The notes under the pieces are model-generated. The model saw nothing but the letters and a program-made list of their open reading frames with translations. It was not told where the DNA came from and made no database searches. DNA of 64,000 bases. Source: Eledone cirrhosa. Taxonomy: Eukaryota. This document shows positions 1-13,822 of the stretch, piece by piece; the stretch's first letter is position 1; the number at the start of each line of letters is the position of its first letter. The translations under genes were made by a program, and so were the position numbers. Where the stretch lies: the NCBI GenBank assembly GCA_964016885.1, contig OZ024744.1, positions 93,310,001 through 93,374,000 of the forward strand, in the 5' to 3' direction.

Positions 1-354
1 TGATGGCTAGTTGCTACATAAGTAGGTAACTATTGGATGAATAAGCAGCCCTGGACTAACAGTGGTAAATTACTAGGGGAGATGGAGCAATGGGTGACAC
101 CTGTAGCTCCCAAGAAAACTTTCACAACGCAGTGACGTAACTGACAAGGTGAGTAAAGGCTGCTTCTAAAAAAGCCTAGTTTTCATGAGTTTGACAAAGT
201 ACCATATTGGAGACTGGCTCGAATAAGACTATTGAAACTGAAACTGCAATATCACGAGGAAAACAAAAAAGAACCATACCGCATCGTCCTTTGCTCGGAT
301 TAACAAGGGACGCATTCGAGCCTAGGGTAGAGGGGCCTGTTCGAAAATATATTG

Positions 355-525
355 AAATTTTACTGCCAGAAAAATTCTATAATGTGGATGAAACCACTTT
401 TTTTCTGGAAATGTATGTTTAGTAAGAACTTAATCACACATACCAAAACCTCTATCCAGTGGCATAAAGGAAATGAGAGACAGTGACGATTATAGGTTGC
501 TATAATGCTGCAGAGGGGGATGGAC
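355..525 (+). pseudogene. Decayed Tigger/pogo DDE transposase fragment
   Basis: Across frameshifts: FYNVDETTFF/WKCM.SK.L...HK/VTIIGCYNAAEG, resembling the Tigger N.DETGLFWK...RLT....NA.G motif. Confidence 0.55.
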
Positions 526-859
526 TCTGCCAGGTTTTTAAGAAATGCACAATAAACACTGTATGTCACTATGGCACCGCTACCACACCTTCCAAGAGAT
601 ATTGAGGACTCTGCTAGGTTTTTAGTTTTTAGGACATGCACAAGAAACACTGTATGTCACTATGGCACCCCTACCACACCTCCAAGACATTATGGGTTCT
701 TACATACATACGATGCTGCAGCTACTCATATGTGCAAACTGTTAGTGGTCGGTAAAAGTGTAAAATCTTGTACCTTTAAAGGGGTTAAAATATTTTCTGT
801 AATTTTCTGTGGTTATAAAAAAGAGTGGATGACATGCACAATTTTACCAGAGTAATACA

Positions 860-1493
860 AAAAGTAATTTATATCAGAAGCTATAGAGTAGGAAAATCTA
901 GGAAGGCTTGGGATGAGATGATAAAAGCTCACTTTGCACAATTGCACCTCTCAAAAATGATGACACAGGATTGAGATTTTTGGGGTTATGCAATAGTGCA
1001 AAAGGCCCACCTTCCCAGGTGCATGGATTCAAGCATACATCTAGTATGCCCCACTTTCCCCTTTCCTCTGCCTTCCTAACACTCTACCTTCGTCCTAACA
1101 CTCCACCCTTCACTCATGTCATTACACCCCCACACTAGACCTACCTTTCCAATCCTCATGCTACAAGCATGTACCTCCACCACCCCCAGCCAAATGTCAT
1201 GTTGGCAATATGACAAAAAGTGCCCAGCTCACACTGTAAAGGTATCACGACAAAAAGCACCTAGTACACATTGTAAAGTGGTCATCTTGGTGCCATGATA
1301 AAAAGCACCTAGTCCATGCTCTAAATGTGGTTTGAATTAGGAAGGGCATCCAGCCACATAAACAAAGCTAGAAACAGTTCTGTATCAGCAAGACATGGTT
1401 ATCCGATCTGACTTGTCTCACAATGGGATAACTCATCTAACCCATGCTATTGTGGAAAAATGGAATTTAATGGTGATGATGATGATGATGATG
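860..1493 (+). mobile_element. Old RTE LINE 3' end
   Basis: RVGKSRKAWDEMIKAHFAQLHLSKMMTQD; 3' UTR with GGAAGGGCATCCAGC motif; (GAT)n tail. Confidence 0.75.
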
Positions 1494-1746
1494 CAATGGC
1501 CACATTGTAAAAGTGTGGGTCTGGCAGATAATTTCAATACTGTGTTCATTTTGAACCATTGTTCAGTCTCCCATAAACCTGAATGTCTTGTGATAAATGT
1601 TACTGTTGGGACTTATCTACCTTTAAATTGTATATCTCTTATTTAACCTTGTAATCATGGAATATTATGGTCATTAAAAACCAAATACACAATTTATTCA
1701 CCTTATATTACTTGATTATCAAGTGTTAAGCCTGTAAAAGATTGTC

Positions 1747-2241
1747 TTAACCTTTTAACATTTAAACCAGCCGTATCCAGCCATTTCCATGTGTCTAACA
1801 CACGTGGACATGCCCACAAAGTAAGAAAACAGCACAGTTCCCATGACTTTTGGAAACATTTTTTCACGCTCAGAGTTGCTGAAGCATGGAACAAACTACC
1901 TGCATCAGTTGTTAGCTGTCGAGACACTGCATCCTTTAAGGCCTCCATGCTTCCCGAGATCCGCCAACAGAACAGCTAACACATACACACATGTACTTCC
2001 CTGACATTTGTGTATTATTCTATGTACTATATTGACGAGTTGTAGTGCACCTGAGCACTTTACACAATAATTTCATTATTATTATAATTCTCTCACTTCT
2101 TTCTGTTCAAACTGGCTGTAACTGACTGCTTATACCAATGTTATATATCAAAATTTCATAGATTCAATATTATGTGAGGTAAAACCTTTACCATGAAAAT
2201 ACAATAGTAAATATAGAGTAATGTAAATGCTAAAGGGTTAA
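1747..2241. mobile_element. piggyBac-type (TTAA) MITE interrupted by a CR1-like fragment
   Basis: TTAA-CCTTTTAACATTT ... AAATGCTAAAGGG-TTAA termini; a second copy lies in the opposite orientation at 3461-4036. Confidence 0.7.
1785..2085 (+). mobile_element. CR1-clade LINE 3' end
   Basis: TRGHAHKV...HFFTLRVAEAWNKLPASVV...SFK, the typical CR1 ORF2 C-terminus; (ATT)n tail. Confidence 0.8.
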
Positions 2242-2482
2242 GGAATTCAACTTGAAAGATATAATAAGGTAGGTATTATCTAGGGCATGGGCCAATGTGA
2301 CAAGACACTAAAAAATGTGTGGTATAATATTTGGTCATCCTGCATGATTGCAGGCAGTCCTGGTGTAAAGAATAAGAAGATTGTTTAAATGTTTTCTTTT
2401 GTCTTAGGAGAGAACAAAATAATTTCAGAGTTAATGGATTATGTAAGTTGTTCAAGTATCAGCAATACAGTACAATATATGC

Positions 2483-2690
2483 CAGGGGTTTCAAATGCAA
2501 GGCTTGTGGGCCATATGTTACCCTGAAATTATTTTTCTCTGGCTTGCAACAGGACAATTTTCATGTCTAATATTTTCCTAGTCAAGCTTTGTAAGGCTAG
2601 GAAAATATTAGTCACGAAAATAGTTTGACTGCGAACCATAGAAAAATAGTTTGAGGGTCGCATGTGGCTCACAAGTTGCTGCTTTTTGAA
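2483..2690. mobile_element. Palindromic hAT-like MITE remnant
   Basis: CAGGGGTTTCAAA start; internal inverted repeat TAATATTTTCCTAG/CTAGGAAAATATTA. Confidence 0.5.
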
Positions 2691-2699
2691 TTGAGAGAT

Positions 2700-2935
2700 C
2701 ACAATTCCGATATTATGGGCATTAGGTCAGAAAGTTTCAGGAAAGAATCACTGGACAGATTTTACAGGCAAAACCAACCAGCAGAAGACCCAGAGCAAGA
2801 TGGTTGGATAACATCCATGAGCTCAGCTGATCTCGCTTGGGGATCCTGCCAGATGAACTGAAAACAGTTGCTTCTGACAGAACTTGTTGAGGACTCTACC
2901 CCTGTGTCCTTCACAGCAATTAATGGGCAAAGAAG
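2700..2935 (+). mobile_element. RTE (Expander/Rex3-like) LINE 3' fragment
   Basis: QILQAKPTSRRPRARWLDNIHELS*SRLGILPDELKTVASDR. Confidence 0.65.
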
Positions 2936-3460
2936 AAGAATATTTTCCAAGAACTCCTTCAATGTTCTTACAACATCAATAAGAACATTAGTGAAATTTA
3001 CATTGACTTGTTTCAAAGATCTGTTGTTGTGGTGGTGGTGGTGGGGACTGGAACCCTGCTGTGTCCCTTCACCAAGACGTAATAGTCCTTTTGAGTCTTT
3101 GACTTTGACACCCCTGTTATATGTATTATTTTGTTATTTTGCATATGGGCAGTGGATTGGCAGTTTGGATAGCATGTCAGATAACATGCATATAATTATG
3201 GCCCTTTATGTTCTGAGTTCAAATCTCGCCAAGGTTAGCTTTACCTTTCATCCTTAAAAGGGTCAATAAAATAAAGTAGCAGTAATGCATTAAAGTCGAT
3301 TTAATCGACTTTCCCCTCCTCCCAAAAGTAGAAACAATTATTTTGTCATTTTTTTACCCTAAGCTTCACTGGTTCAAAACAACTGCTACTCTGGTAGCAC
3401 TTGTCTGGTTCCCAGCTTGCCAGATTACTGAGATACATACAGCCTCTATAAACATTTAAA

Positions 3461-4036
3461 TTAACCCTTTAGCATTTACATTACTCTGTGTTTACTGTTG
3501 TATTTTCACAGTAAAGGCTTTACCTCACACAATTCATCATCATCATCATCATTTCATTTTACGTCTGCTTTTTCCCTGCTTGCAAGGGTGAGACGGAAAC
3601 TGATGCTGGCTTAATTTCTACAGCTGGATGTTTCCTAACACCAACCTCATTTACAGTGAGTGCTGGGTGCTCTTTTGCCGTGGCACCTCCACAACCACTT
3701 TGCAGTGGAATGATATGTACCCCAGTCCCTATCATCTCATTTCTACAGCTGAGTAAACTGGAGCAATGTGAAATAAAGTGTCTTGCTCAAGGAAACAACA
3801 CATCACCTGGTCTGAGAATTGAACTCACAACCTTTCGATTGCAAGCCCAATGCTCTAACCACTAAGCCATGTGCCTCCATTATCTCACATAATATCGAAT
3901 CTACGATATTTCAATATTATTTATTTTGAGAACAATACCTTAGCATAAGTATGAGTGGCTGGCTTCAGCTGGTTTGAACTGAAAGAGGTGAGAGAATTCT
4001 GGTTGGATATAGCCAGTTTAAATGCTAAAGGGTTAA
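3461..4036. mobile_element. piggyBac-type (TTAA) MITE interrupted by a SINE
   Basis: TTAACCCTTTAGCATTT ... AAATGCTAAAGGGTTAA termini. Confidence 0.75.
3535..3880 (-). mobile_element. tRNA-derived CORE-SINE with RTE-derived tail
   Basis: A-box TGGCTTAGTGG, B-box GAGTTCAATTC, CORE-like CCTTGAGCAAGACACTT...CAGTTTACTCAGCTGTAGAAATG, (GAT)n tail; possible TSD CTCACA(C/T)AAT. Confidence 0.85.
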
Positions 4037-4179
4037 CAAACATGTTATTTTAAGTATTTTCTGCCAATTCATTACATGATGTTAAAGAGTTACAGAATCC
4101 TGGAATACCTTGGAAACATTGCTAAAGACAATGGAGTTAAACAGGGTGAGTGTGGAACAACGGACGTAAAATGAGGGCA

Positions 4180-4184
4180 ATGAA

Positions 4185-4217
<33 letters not shown>

Positions 4218-4541
4218 GGTGGTGGCGGCGGCGACGATGACGACGACGATGGTGGTGATGTTGATGATGATGATGATGAGAATGATGATGTTGGTCGTGA
4301 AAATGATGATCACGATCAGGATGACAACGAAGATGAAGATGACGATGATGATGATGATGATGACAATGATGACAACAGTGATGATGATGATGATGATAAC
4401 AGTGATGATGATGATGATGATGATGGATGGTAGTGATGATGACGACGACGACGACGACGACGATGATGATGATGGTTATGAAAATGATGGTGATGATGAT
4501 GATGATAGTAACAATGATGACAACGGGGATGATGGTGATAG

Positions 4542-4609
<68 letters not shown>

Positions 4610-4612
4610 GTG
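4180..4612. repeat. (GAT/GAC/GGT)n microsatellite
   Basis: Directly visible. Confidence 0.95.
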
Positions 4613-4649
4613 ATTCTACTCCACTTTTATGCTTTTCCAAGATTACCCA

Positions 4650-4934
4650 GGTTCTGCTGCACGTCGGGCTGAGGGGGCCAAACTCCTCAAATACCGGTCG
4701 CTCTCCGACAGGTTTGCGGTCGTTCCCCTGGCAGTGGAAACTTCTGGTGTCCTCAGCCCCAGGGCTACCTCCTTACTCACCACCATAGGCGCTGAGCTGG
4801 CCAGCCGCAGGTGTGAGCCCCGCGAGTTGGAGTGGCTTTTCCAGCGCGTCTCCCTTGCCGTCCTCCGGGGAAACGCCTTCTCTATTCTGTCCGCCGGGGC
4901 TGTGGGTGGGCCCCATCGCGTACCAATACATTAG
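4650..4934 (+). mobile_element. CRE-like non-LTR retrotransposon restriction-like endonuclease (RLE) C-terminal fragment
   Basis: AEGAKLLKY...FAVVPLAVETSGVLSPRA...LFQRVSLAVLRGNA; locally GC-rich. Confidence 0.75.
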
Positions 4935-5191
4935 TTAAATACCATTCTTTCATCGTTACAACTTATATCCCCATTAAAGTTGTTTAGTACAACAGGAACG
5001 GTATTTGATCTGAGGATATTAAACTGTAACTCTAAGACATTCAGAACTTTGGTTTAAGAACTTCTTATGCAGCTGAAACTGATTCTATATTGCTCATACT
5101 GAATATCACATGGAACAGCTTGTACTGAGGAAATTCACTGCTGCTTGTGTTGCTATTTGGTCTCACATCATCATCATCATCATCATCATCA

Positions 5192-5236
<45 letters not shown>

Positions 5237-5623
5237 TCATTATCATCATCTTACGTTCGCTTTTCCCTTCTTGCAAGGGTTGGACGGGTCCTATTCAGCA
5301 TAGCATCTCACCACTTGTCACGGTCCTTCGTCATCTCCTCGGTGAGTTTCAGCTATCTGGGGTATCCCCCCCCCCCCCCCCCCCCCGCGCCGCCCATGTT
5401 TTTCACAATAATATATAAATGTTGTGGTGAACACCTCCTTTGGGATTAAACAAATTGATTCAGCAAACTATTATAAATAAGCAATGTGTTTCATTGTCAG
5501 GAGTTCAGTTGGAGTCTCGCTAGAAAGTCTCAAGTTTTGTAGCCGGATGTTAAGCCTGAAATAAAATTGCTAGTACCTCCGCATCGTAGAAAATATAATC
5601 AGTCTAAAGGGTTATAAAAATAA

Positions 5624-5812
5624 TTGTTTCTACGTTAGGCACAAGGCCAGCAATTACCCAGTGTATTACTGGTACTTTATTTTATCGACCCCGTAAGGAT
5701 GAAAGGCAAAGTTAACCTCGGCGGGATTTGAACTCAGAATGGCAAGGGCCGTAACTCTATGCGTCAAAGCATGGCGTCCGACCCTCTACCGATACTGCCA
5801 ATCCACTGCCTT
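5624..5812 (-). mobile_element. tRNA-derived Meta-domain SINE (one of about 14 copies, e.g. near 3150, 7600, 7840, 13940, 30660, 37150, 37300, 37550, 38760, 43400, 43860, 44100)
   Basis: B-box GAGTTCAAATCC followed by GCCTTTCATCCTTACGGGGTCGATAAAATAAAGTACCAG. Confidence 0.75.
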
Positions 5813-5839
5813 GGGTTATAAAAATAATGGTCTCTAAAA

Positions 5840-6280
5840 AGTCTAAAGTTTGTCTCAAGTCCGGAGACTCATCAGGACGGTGCTTATCCGGGTTTACATG
5901 ACTTGAAATGACTGATAGTATAAGACACCCTCCTGGACAGGTTGCCAGTCAAGGAGTCAAACCTACAACATTATGATCATAAGTCCAACACCTTAACCAC
6001 TAGGCCACACACCTCCACTGAGTACACTGGAGCAACATGAAATGAAGTGTTTTGCTCAAGAACACAACACACAATCCAGTCCAGGAGTCAAACCTACAAC
6101 ATTATGATCATAAATCCAATACCTTAACCACTAGGCCACACACCTCCACTGAGTATACTGGAGCAACGTGAAATAAAGTGTTTTGCTCAAGAACACAACA
6201 CACAACCTAACCCAGTAATCAAACCCAAGACATTATGATCATAAGTCCAACATCCTTACCACTAGGCCACACACCTCCAC
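5840..6280 (-). mobile_element. Nin/Deu-domain SINE with tandemly repeated tRNA heads
   Basis: GCTTATCC.GGTTT.CATG...CCTGGACAGG..GCCAGTC segment plus three heads (AACCACTAGGCCACACACCTCCA); related copy at 49329-49605. Confidence 0.6.
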
Positions 6281-6332
6281 AAAATATATAAACGTAAAGG
6301 ATCTAAAACTGTATGTGATAGAATTGAAGACA

Positions 6333-6414
6333 TACTCTCGGGTCTCAAATAATCGCTTATTCCAACCCTCCACCCCCACTTATCTCGCCCCTTATTATTT
6401 GGGACCCAAGAGTA
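6333..6414. mobile_element. Tiny TIR element (Tc1/mariner-type MITE)
   Basis: TACTCTCGGGTCTCAAATAAT / ATTATTTGGGACCCAAGAGTA inverted termini. Confidence 0.55.
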
Positions 6415-6711
6415 GAGTAAAGAAGATTAAAAAAGACAAAGGTAATGTTCACTTCTGTAACCAGTTACCCTCTAAAATGCTCGGTTAGTTGAGCATCATA
6501 CATTAAACCAAACATCTTCATGTATGTCATCAGATTAGAAGTTATTTAGACATATGTTGTAGTAGACCTTCCGTGAAGGTAGGTGTGTGGCATGGCTTTG
6601 TGGTTAGACAATTGGATTTGCAATCATGAGGTTGCGAGTTCGATTCCAGAACCAGGTGAATGCATTATGTTCTTGTAAAAGACATGTTATTTCACAGTGC
6701 TCTTTTAGCCA

Positions 6712-7165
6712 GGTGGTGGTAGTGGAAGTGGTATGGTGGTGGTGAGGGCTGTGGTAGTGATGGTGGCGGTGGTGGTGGTGGTGGTGGTGGTGATGGTAGT
6801 GGTGGCGGTGGTCATGGCGGTGGTGATGATGATGATGATAGTGAGTGTGATGTTGGTGAGGGTTGTGGTAGTGGTGATGGTTGAGGTTGTGGTGGTAGTG
6901 GTGGTGATGGTGGTGAAGGTTGTGGTGATGATGATGGTAGTGGTAGTGATGGTATTAGTGATGGTAGCAGTAGTGATGGTGGTGGTGGTGGTGGTGGTGG
7001 TAGTGATGGTGATTGTGGTGGAGATGGTGTAGTGGCAGTGGCAGTCACAGTAGTAGTAGTGGTGGTGGTGCTGGTGGTGGTGATGGTAACAGTGATGGTA
7101 GCTGCATTGGTGGTGATGGTGATGGTAGCAGCAGTAAAAGTGATGGTGGTGGTGGTGGTGGTGAG
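6712..7165. repeat. (GGT/GAT/AGT)n degenerate microsatellite
   Basis: Directly visible. Confidence 0.95.
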
Positions 7166-8199
7166 TAATAGCTTTTATTCAAACAGTATTATATGATACA
7201 ACTCTCAGACTTTCAGGTGCTTCCATTAGATTCTTCTTTGAGGAAGCACAACTATATTTCTACAAAAGCTAAAAAAACCTGCTAAGATCCCAAATCTGAG
7301 TGTTAATTAACACCACAAGGGATTGAACCGATAATGAAGAATTTTTATTCCTGCTATTTTCTTTTTTGTTTTTGTTCTTTTTTCCCCCCTATATTATTTA
7401 TTTATTTATTTGTTTGTTTATTTGTTTATTTATTTACGAATAGATTAAGAAGAGGATTAAGAGAATCTTTTCAAAAATGCCACTGCTATCTAGCTAGAAT
7501 AGCAAAGAAGTTTCAAGTTTGAAAATCTCTTTGTAACTTTGTTTTCTCTCACTACCTGGCCTCAACATCGGAAAATAACATCTAAGATTAAAGAGTTTCT
7601 ATGTTTGGTACAAGACCAGCACCATTTGAAGGAGGGAAGGAGAGAAAAGGATTAAATCAATCTCAGTGTCTTACTGGTACTTTATTTTATTGCCTCCACC
7701 ATAATTATGAAAGGCAAAGATAACCTCAGCAGGATTTGAACACGGAATGTAAAGGGATGTAACTATATTCTGCAGAGCATGTTGCTCAAGCTCTACCAAT
7801 ACTGCAAATCCACTGCTCTTTTTACAAAGAAATTATGGTTTCTTATATAAACACATGGCCAGCATTTTGGCGGGGAAGGAGAAGTCGATTAAATCGACCC
7901 CAGTGTGTGCCTGGTGCTTTATTTCATCGACCCATTAACGATGAAAGGCAAAGCTAACCTCAGCAGGATTTGAACTCAGATCGTAAAGGGACATAACACT
8001 ATGTCATGAAGCATATTGTCCGATGTTCTACCGATAGCGCTAATCTACTTGGCAGGATTTGAACTCAGTGGAACAGTGTTAGTGACCAGGTCACAAACAA
8101 TACAACAAAAGTTTTGACTCTAAGAAATAAATGATAAATATAAAGTCATGTTAACAGTTTTTCTATATTTTAAATGATTAAAACAACCCTTAGAAACTA

Positions 8200-11100
8200 T
8201 AATTGTTTTAGTTTCAACACACAGTCTCAGATCAAGTCACTTGCCAGACATCTACAACTGTGGCTAAAATGACTTCCATGATGTAATTGTTTTAGTTTCA
8301 ACACAGTCTCAGATCAAGTCACTCACCAGACATGTACAACTGTAGCTAAAATGACTTCCATGATGTAATTGTTTTAGTTTCAACACAGTCTCAGATCAAG
8401 TCACTCACCAAACATGTACAACTGTGGCTAAAATGACTCCCATGATGTAATTGTTTTAGTTTCAATAGTCTCAGATCAAGTCACTTGCCAGACACGTACA
8501 ACTGTAGCTAAAATGACTTCCATGATGTAATTGTTTTAGTTACAACACAGTCTCAGATCAAGTCACTCACCAGACATTTGCAACTGTAGCTAAAATGACT
8601 TCCATGATGTAATTGTTTTAGTTTCAACACAGTCTCAGATCAAGTCACTTGCCAGACATGTACAACTGTGGCTAAATTGACTTCCATAATGTAATTGTTT
8701 TAGTTACAACACAGTCTCAGATCAAGTCACTTGCCAGACATGTACAACTGTGGCTAAATTGACTTCCATAATGTAATTGTTTTAGTTACAACACAGTCTC
8801 AGACCAAGTCACTTGCCAGACATGTACAACTGTAGCTAAAATGACTTCCATGATGTAATTGTTTTAGTTTCAACAGTATCAGATCAAGTCACTTGCCAGA
8901 CATGTACAACTGTAGCTAAAATGACTTCCATGATGTAATTGTTTTAGTTTCAACACAGTCTCAGATCAAGTCACTTGCCAGACATGTACAACTGTGGCTA
9001 AATTGACTTCCATAATGTAATTGTTTTAGTTACAACACAGTCTCAGATCAAGTCACTTGCCAGACATGTACAACTGTGGCTAAATTGACTTCCATAATGT
9101 AATTGTTTTAGTTACAACACAGTCTCAGACCAAGTCACTTGCCAGACATGTACAACTGTAGCTAAAATGACTTCCATGATGTAATTGTTTTAGTTTCAAC
9201 AGTATCAGATCAAGTCACTTGCCAGACATGTACAACTGTAGCTAAAATGACTTCCATGATGTAATTGTTTTAGTTTCAACACAGTCTCAGATCAAGTCAC
9301 TTGCCAGACATGTACAACTGTAGCTAAAATGACTCTTCCATGATGTAATTGTTTTAGTAACAATAGTCTCAGATCAAGTCACTCACCAGACATGTACAAC
9401 TGTGGCTAAAATGACTTCCATGATGTAATTGTTTTAGTTTCAACACAGTCTCAGATCAAGTCACTTGCCAGACATGTACAACTGTAGCTAAAATGACTTC
9501 CATGATGTAATTGTTTTAGTTAAAACACAGTCTCAGATCAAGTCACTCACCAGACATTTACAACTGTAGCTAAAATGACTTCCATGATGTAATTGTTTTA
9601 GTTTCAACACAGTCTCATATCAAGTCACTCACCAGATATGTACAACTGTGGCTAAACTGACTTCCATAATGTAATTGTTTTAGTTACAACACAGTCTCAG
9701 ACCAAGTCACTTGCCAGACATGTATAACTGTAGCTAAAATGACTTCCATGATGTAATTGTTTTAGTTTCAACACAGTCTCAGATCTAGTCACTTGCCAGA
9801 CATTTACAACTGTAGCTAAAATGACTCTTCCATGATGTAATTGTTTTAGTAACAATAGTCTCAGATCAAGTCACTCACCAGACATGTACAACTGTGGCTA
9901 AAATGACTTCCATGATGTAATTGTTTTAGTTTCAACACAGTCTCAGATCAAGTCACTTGCCAGACATGTACAACTGTAGCTAAAATGACTTCCATGATGT
10001 AATTGTTTTAGTTTCAACACAGTCTCAGATCAAGTCACTTGCCAGACATGTACAACTGTAGCTAAAATAACTTCCATGATGTAATTGTTTTAGTTTCAAC
10101 AGTCTCAGATCAAGTCACTCACCAGACATGTACAACTGTGGAAAAATGACTTCCATGATGTAATTGTTTTAGTTTCAACAGTCTCAGATCAAGTCACTCA
10201 CCAGACATGTACAACTGTGCCTAAAATGACTTCCATGATGTAATTGTTTTAGTTTCAACACAGTCTCAGATCAAGTCACTTGCCAGACATGTACAACTGT
10301 GGCTAAAATGACTTCTATGATGTAATTGTTTTAGTTTCAACAGTATCAGATCAAATCACTCACCAGATATGTACAACTGTAGCTAAAATGACTTCCATGA
10401 TGTAATTGTTTTAGTTTCAACACAGTCTCAGATCAAGTCACTCACCAAACATGTACAACTGTGGCTAAAATGACTTCCATGATGTAATTGTTTTAGTTTC
10501 AACACAGTCTCAGATCAAGTCACTCACCAGACATGTACAACTGTAGCTAAAATGACTCCCAAGATGTAATTGTTTTAGTTTCAACACAGTCTCAGATCAA
10601 GTCACTTGCCAGACATGTACAACTGTAGCTAATATGACTTCCATGATGTAATTGGTTTTAGTTTCAACAGTATCAGATCAAGTCACTCTCCAGATATGTA
10701 CAACTGTGGCTAAAATGACTTCCATGATGTAATTGTTTTAGTTTCAACACAGTCTCAGATCAAGTCACTTGACAGACATGTACAACTGTAGCTAAAATGA
10801 CTTCCATGATGTAATTGTTTTAGTTTCAACACAGTCTCAGATCAAGTCACTCACCAGACATGTACAACTGTAGCTAAAATGACTTCCATGATGTAATTGT
10901 TTTAGTTTCAACACAGTCTCAGATCAAGTCACTTGACAGACATGTACAACTGTAGCTAAAATGACTTCCATGATGTAATTGTTTTAGTTTCAACACAGTC
11001 TCAGATCAAGTCACTCACCAGACATGTACAACTGTAGCTAAAATGACTTCCATGATGTAATTGTTTTAGTTTCAACACAGTCTCAGATCAAGTCACTCAC

Positions 11101-13822
11101 CAGACATGTACAACTGTAGCTAAAATGACTTCCATGATGTAATTGTTTTAGTTTCAACACAGTCTCAGATCAAGTCACTTGACAGACATGTACAACTGTA
11201 GCTAAAATGACTTCCATGATGTAATTGTTTTAGTTTCAACACAGTCTCAGATCAAGTCACTCACCAGACATGTACAACTGTAGCTAAAATGACTTCCATG
11301 ATGTAATTGTTTTAGTTTCAACACAGTCTCAGATCAAGTCACTTGCCAGACATGTACAACTGTAGCTAAAATGACTTCCATGATGTAATTGTTTTAGTTA
11401 AAACACAGTCTCAGATCAAGTCACTCACCAGACATTTACAACTGTAGCTAAAATGACTTCCATGATGTAATTGTTTTAGTTTCAACACAGTCTCAGATCA
11501 AGTCACTTGCCAGACATGTACAACTGTGGCTAAATTGACTTCCATAATGTAATTGTTTTAGTTTCAACACAGTCTCATATCAAGTCACTCACCAGATATG
11601 TACAACTGTGGCTAAACTGACTTCCATAATGTAATTGTTTTAGTTACAACACAGTCTCAGACCAAGTCACTTGCCAGACATGTATAACTGTAGCTAAAAT
11701 GACTTCCATGATGTAATTGTTTTAGTTTCAACACAGTCTCAGATCTAGTCACTTGCCAGACATTTACAACTGTAGCTAAAATGACTCTTCCATGATGTAA
11801 TTGTTTTAGTAACAATAGTCTCAGATCAAGTCACTCACCAGACATGTACAACTGTGGCTAAAATGACTTCCATGATGTAATTGTTTTAGTTTCAACACAG
11901 TCTCAGATCAAGTCACTTGCCAGACATGTACAACTGTAGCTAAAATGACTTCCATGATGTAATTGTTTTAGTTTCAACACAGTCTCAGATCAAGTCACTT
12001 GCCAGACATGTACAACTGTAGCTAAAATAACTTCCATGATGTAATTGTTTTAGTTTCAACAGTCTCAGATCAAGTCACTCACCAGACATGTACAACTGTG
12101 GAAAAATGACTTCCATGATGTAATTGTTTTAGTTTCAACCGTCTCAGATCAAGTCACTCACCAGACATGTACAACTGTGCCTAAAATGACTTCCATGATG
12201 TAATTGTTTTAGTTTCAACACAGTCTCAGATCAAGTCACTTGCCAGACATGTACAACTGTGGCTAAAATGACTTCTATGATGTAATTGTTTTAGTTTCAA
12301 CAGTATCAGATCAAATCACTCACCAGATATGTACAACTGTAGCTAAAATGACTTCCATGATGTAATTGTTTTAGTTTCAACACAGTCTCAGATCAAGTCA
12401 CTCACCAAACATGTACAACTGTGGCTAAAATGACTTCCATGATGTAATTGTTTTAGTTTCAACACAGTCTCAGATCAAGTCACTCACCAGACATGTACAA
12501 CTGTAGCTAAAATGACTCCCAAGATGTAATTGTTTTAGTTTCAACACAGTCTCAGATCAAGTCACTTGCCAGACATGTACAACTGTAGCTAATATGACTT
12601 CCATGATGTAATTGGTTTTAGTTTCAACAGTATCAGATCAAGTCACTCTCCAGATATGTACAACTGTGGCTAAAATGACTTCCATGATGTAATTGTTTTA
12701 GTTTCAACACAGTCTCAGATCAAGTCACTTGACAGACATGTACAACTGTAGCTAAAATGACTTCCATGATGTAATTGTTTTAGTTTCAACACAGTCTCAG
12801 ATCAAGTCACTCACCAGACATGTACAACTGTAGCTAAAATGACTTCCATGATGTAATTGTTTTAGTTTCAACACAGTCTCAGATCAAGTCACTTGACAGA
12901 CATGTACAACTGTAGCTAAAATGACTTCCATGATGTAATTGTTTTAGTTTCAACACAGTCTCAGATCAAGTCACTCACCAGACATGTACAACTGTAGCTA
13001 AAATGACTTCCATGATGTAATTGTTTTAGTTTCAACACAGTCTCAGATCAAGTCACTCACCAGACATGTACAACTGTAGCTAAAATGACTTCCATGATGT
13101 AATTGTTTTAGTTTCAACACAGTCTCAGATCAAGTCACTTGACAGACATGTACAACTGTAGCTAAAATGACTTCCATGATGTAATTGTTTTAGTTTCAAC
13201 ACAGTCTCAGATCAAGTCACTCACCAGACATGTACAACTGTAGCTAAAATGACTTCCATGATGTAATTGTTTTAGTTTCAACACAGTCTCAGATCAAGTC
13301 ACTTGACAGACATGTACAACTGTAGCTAAAATGACTTCCATGATGTAATTGTTTTAGTTTCAACACAGTCTCAGATCAAGTCACTTGACAGACATGTACA
13401 ACTGTAGCTAAAATGACTTCCATGATGTAATTGTTTTAGTTTCAACACAGTCTCAGATCAAGTCACTTGACAGACATGTACAACTGTAGCTAAAATGACT
13501 TCCATGATGTAATTGTTTTAGTTTCAACACAGTCTCAGATCAAGTCACTTGACAGACATGTACAACTGTAGCTAAAATGACTTCCATGATGTAATTGTTT
13601 TAGTTTCAACACAGTCTCAGATCAAGTCACTTGACAGACATGTACAACTGTAGCTAAAATGACTTCCATGATGTAATTGTTTTAGTTTCAACACAGTCTC
13701 AGATCAAGTCACTTGACAGACATGTACAACTGTAGCTAAAATGACTTCCATGATGTAATTGTTTTAGTTTCAACACAGTCTCAGATCAAGTCACTTGACA
13801 GACATGTACAACTGCGGCTAAA
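8200..13822. repeat. 82-bp tandem satellite, about 68 copies
   Basis: Unit GTAATTGTTTTAGTTTCAACACAGTCTCAGATCAAGTCACTTGCCAGACATGTACAACTGTAGCTAAAATGACTTCCATGAT. Confidence 0.97.

Noticed and set aside
5845-5880. Hammerhead-like CTGATGAGTCTC...GAGAC on the minus strand
   Set aside because: Lacks GAAA and stem I; part of a Nin-type SINE tail.
8200-13822. CRISPR-like array
   Set aside because: Contiguous monomers with no unique spacers and no cas genes, in a eukaryotic context.
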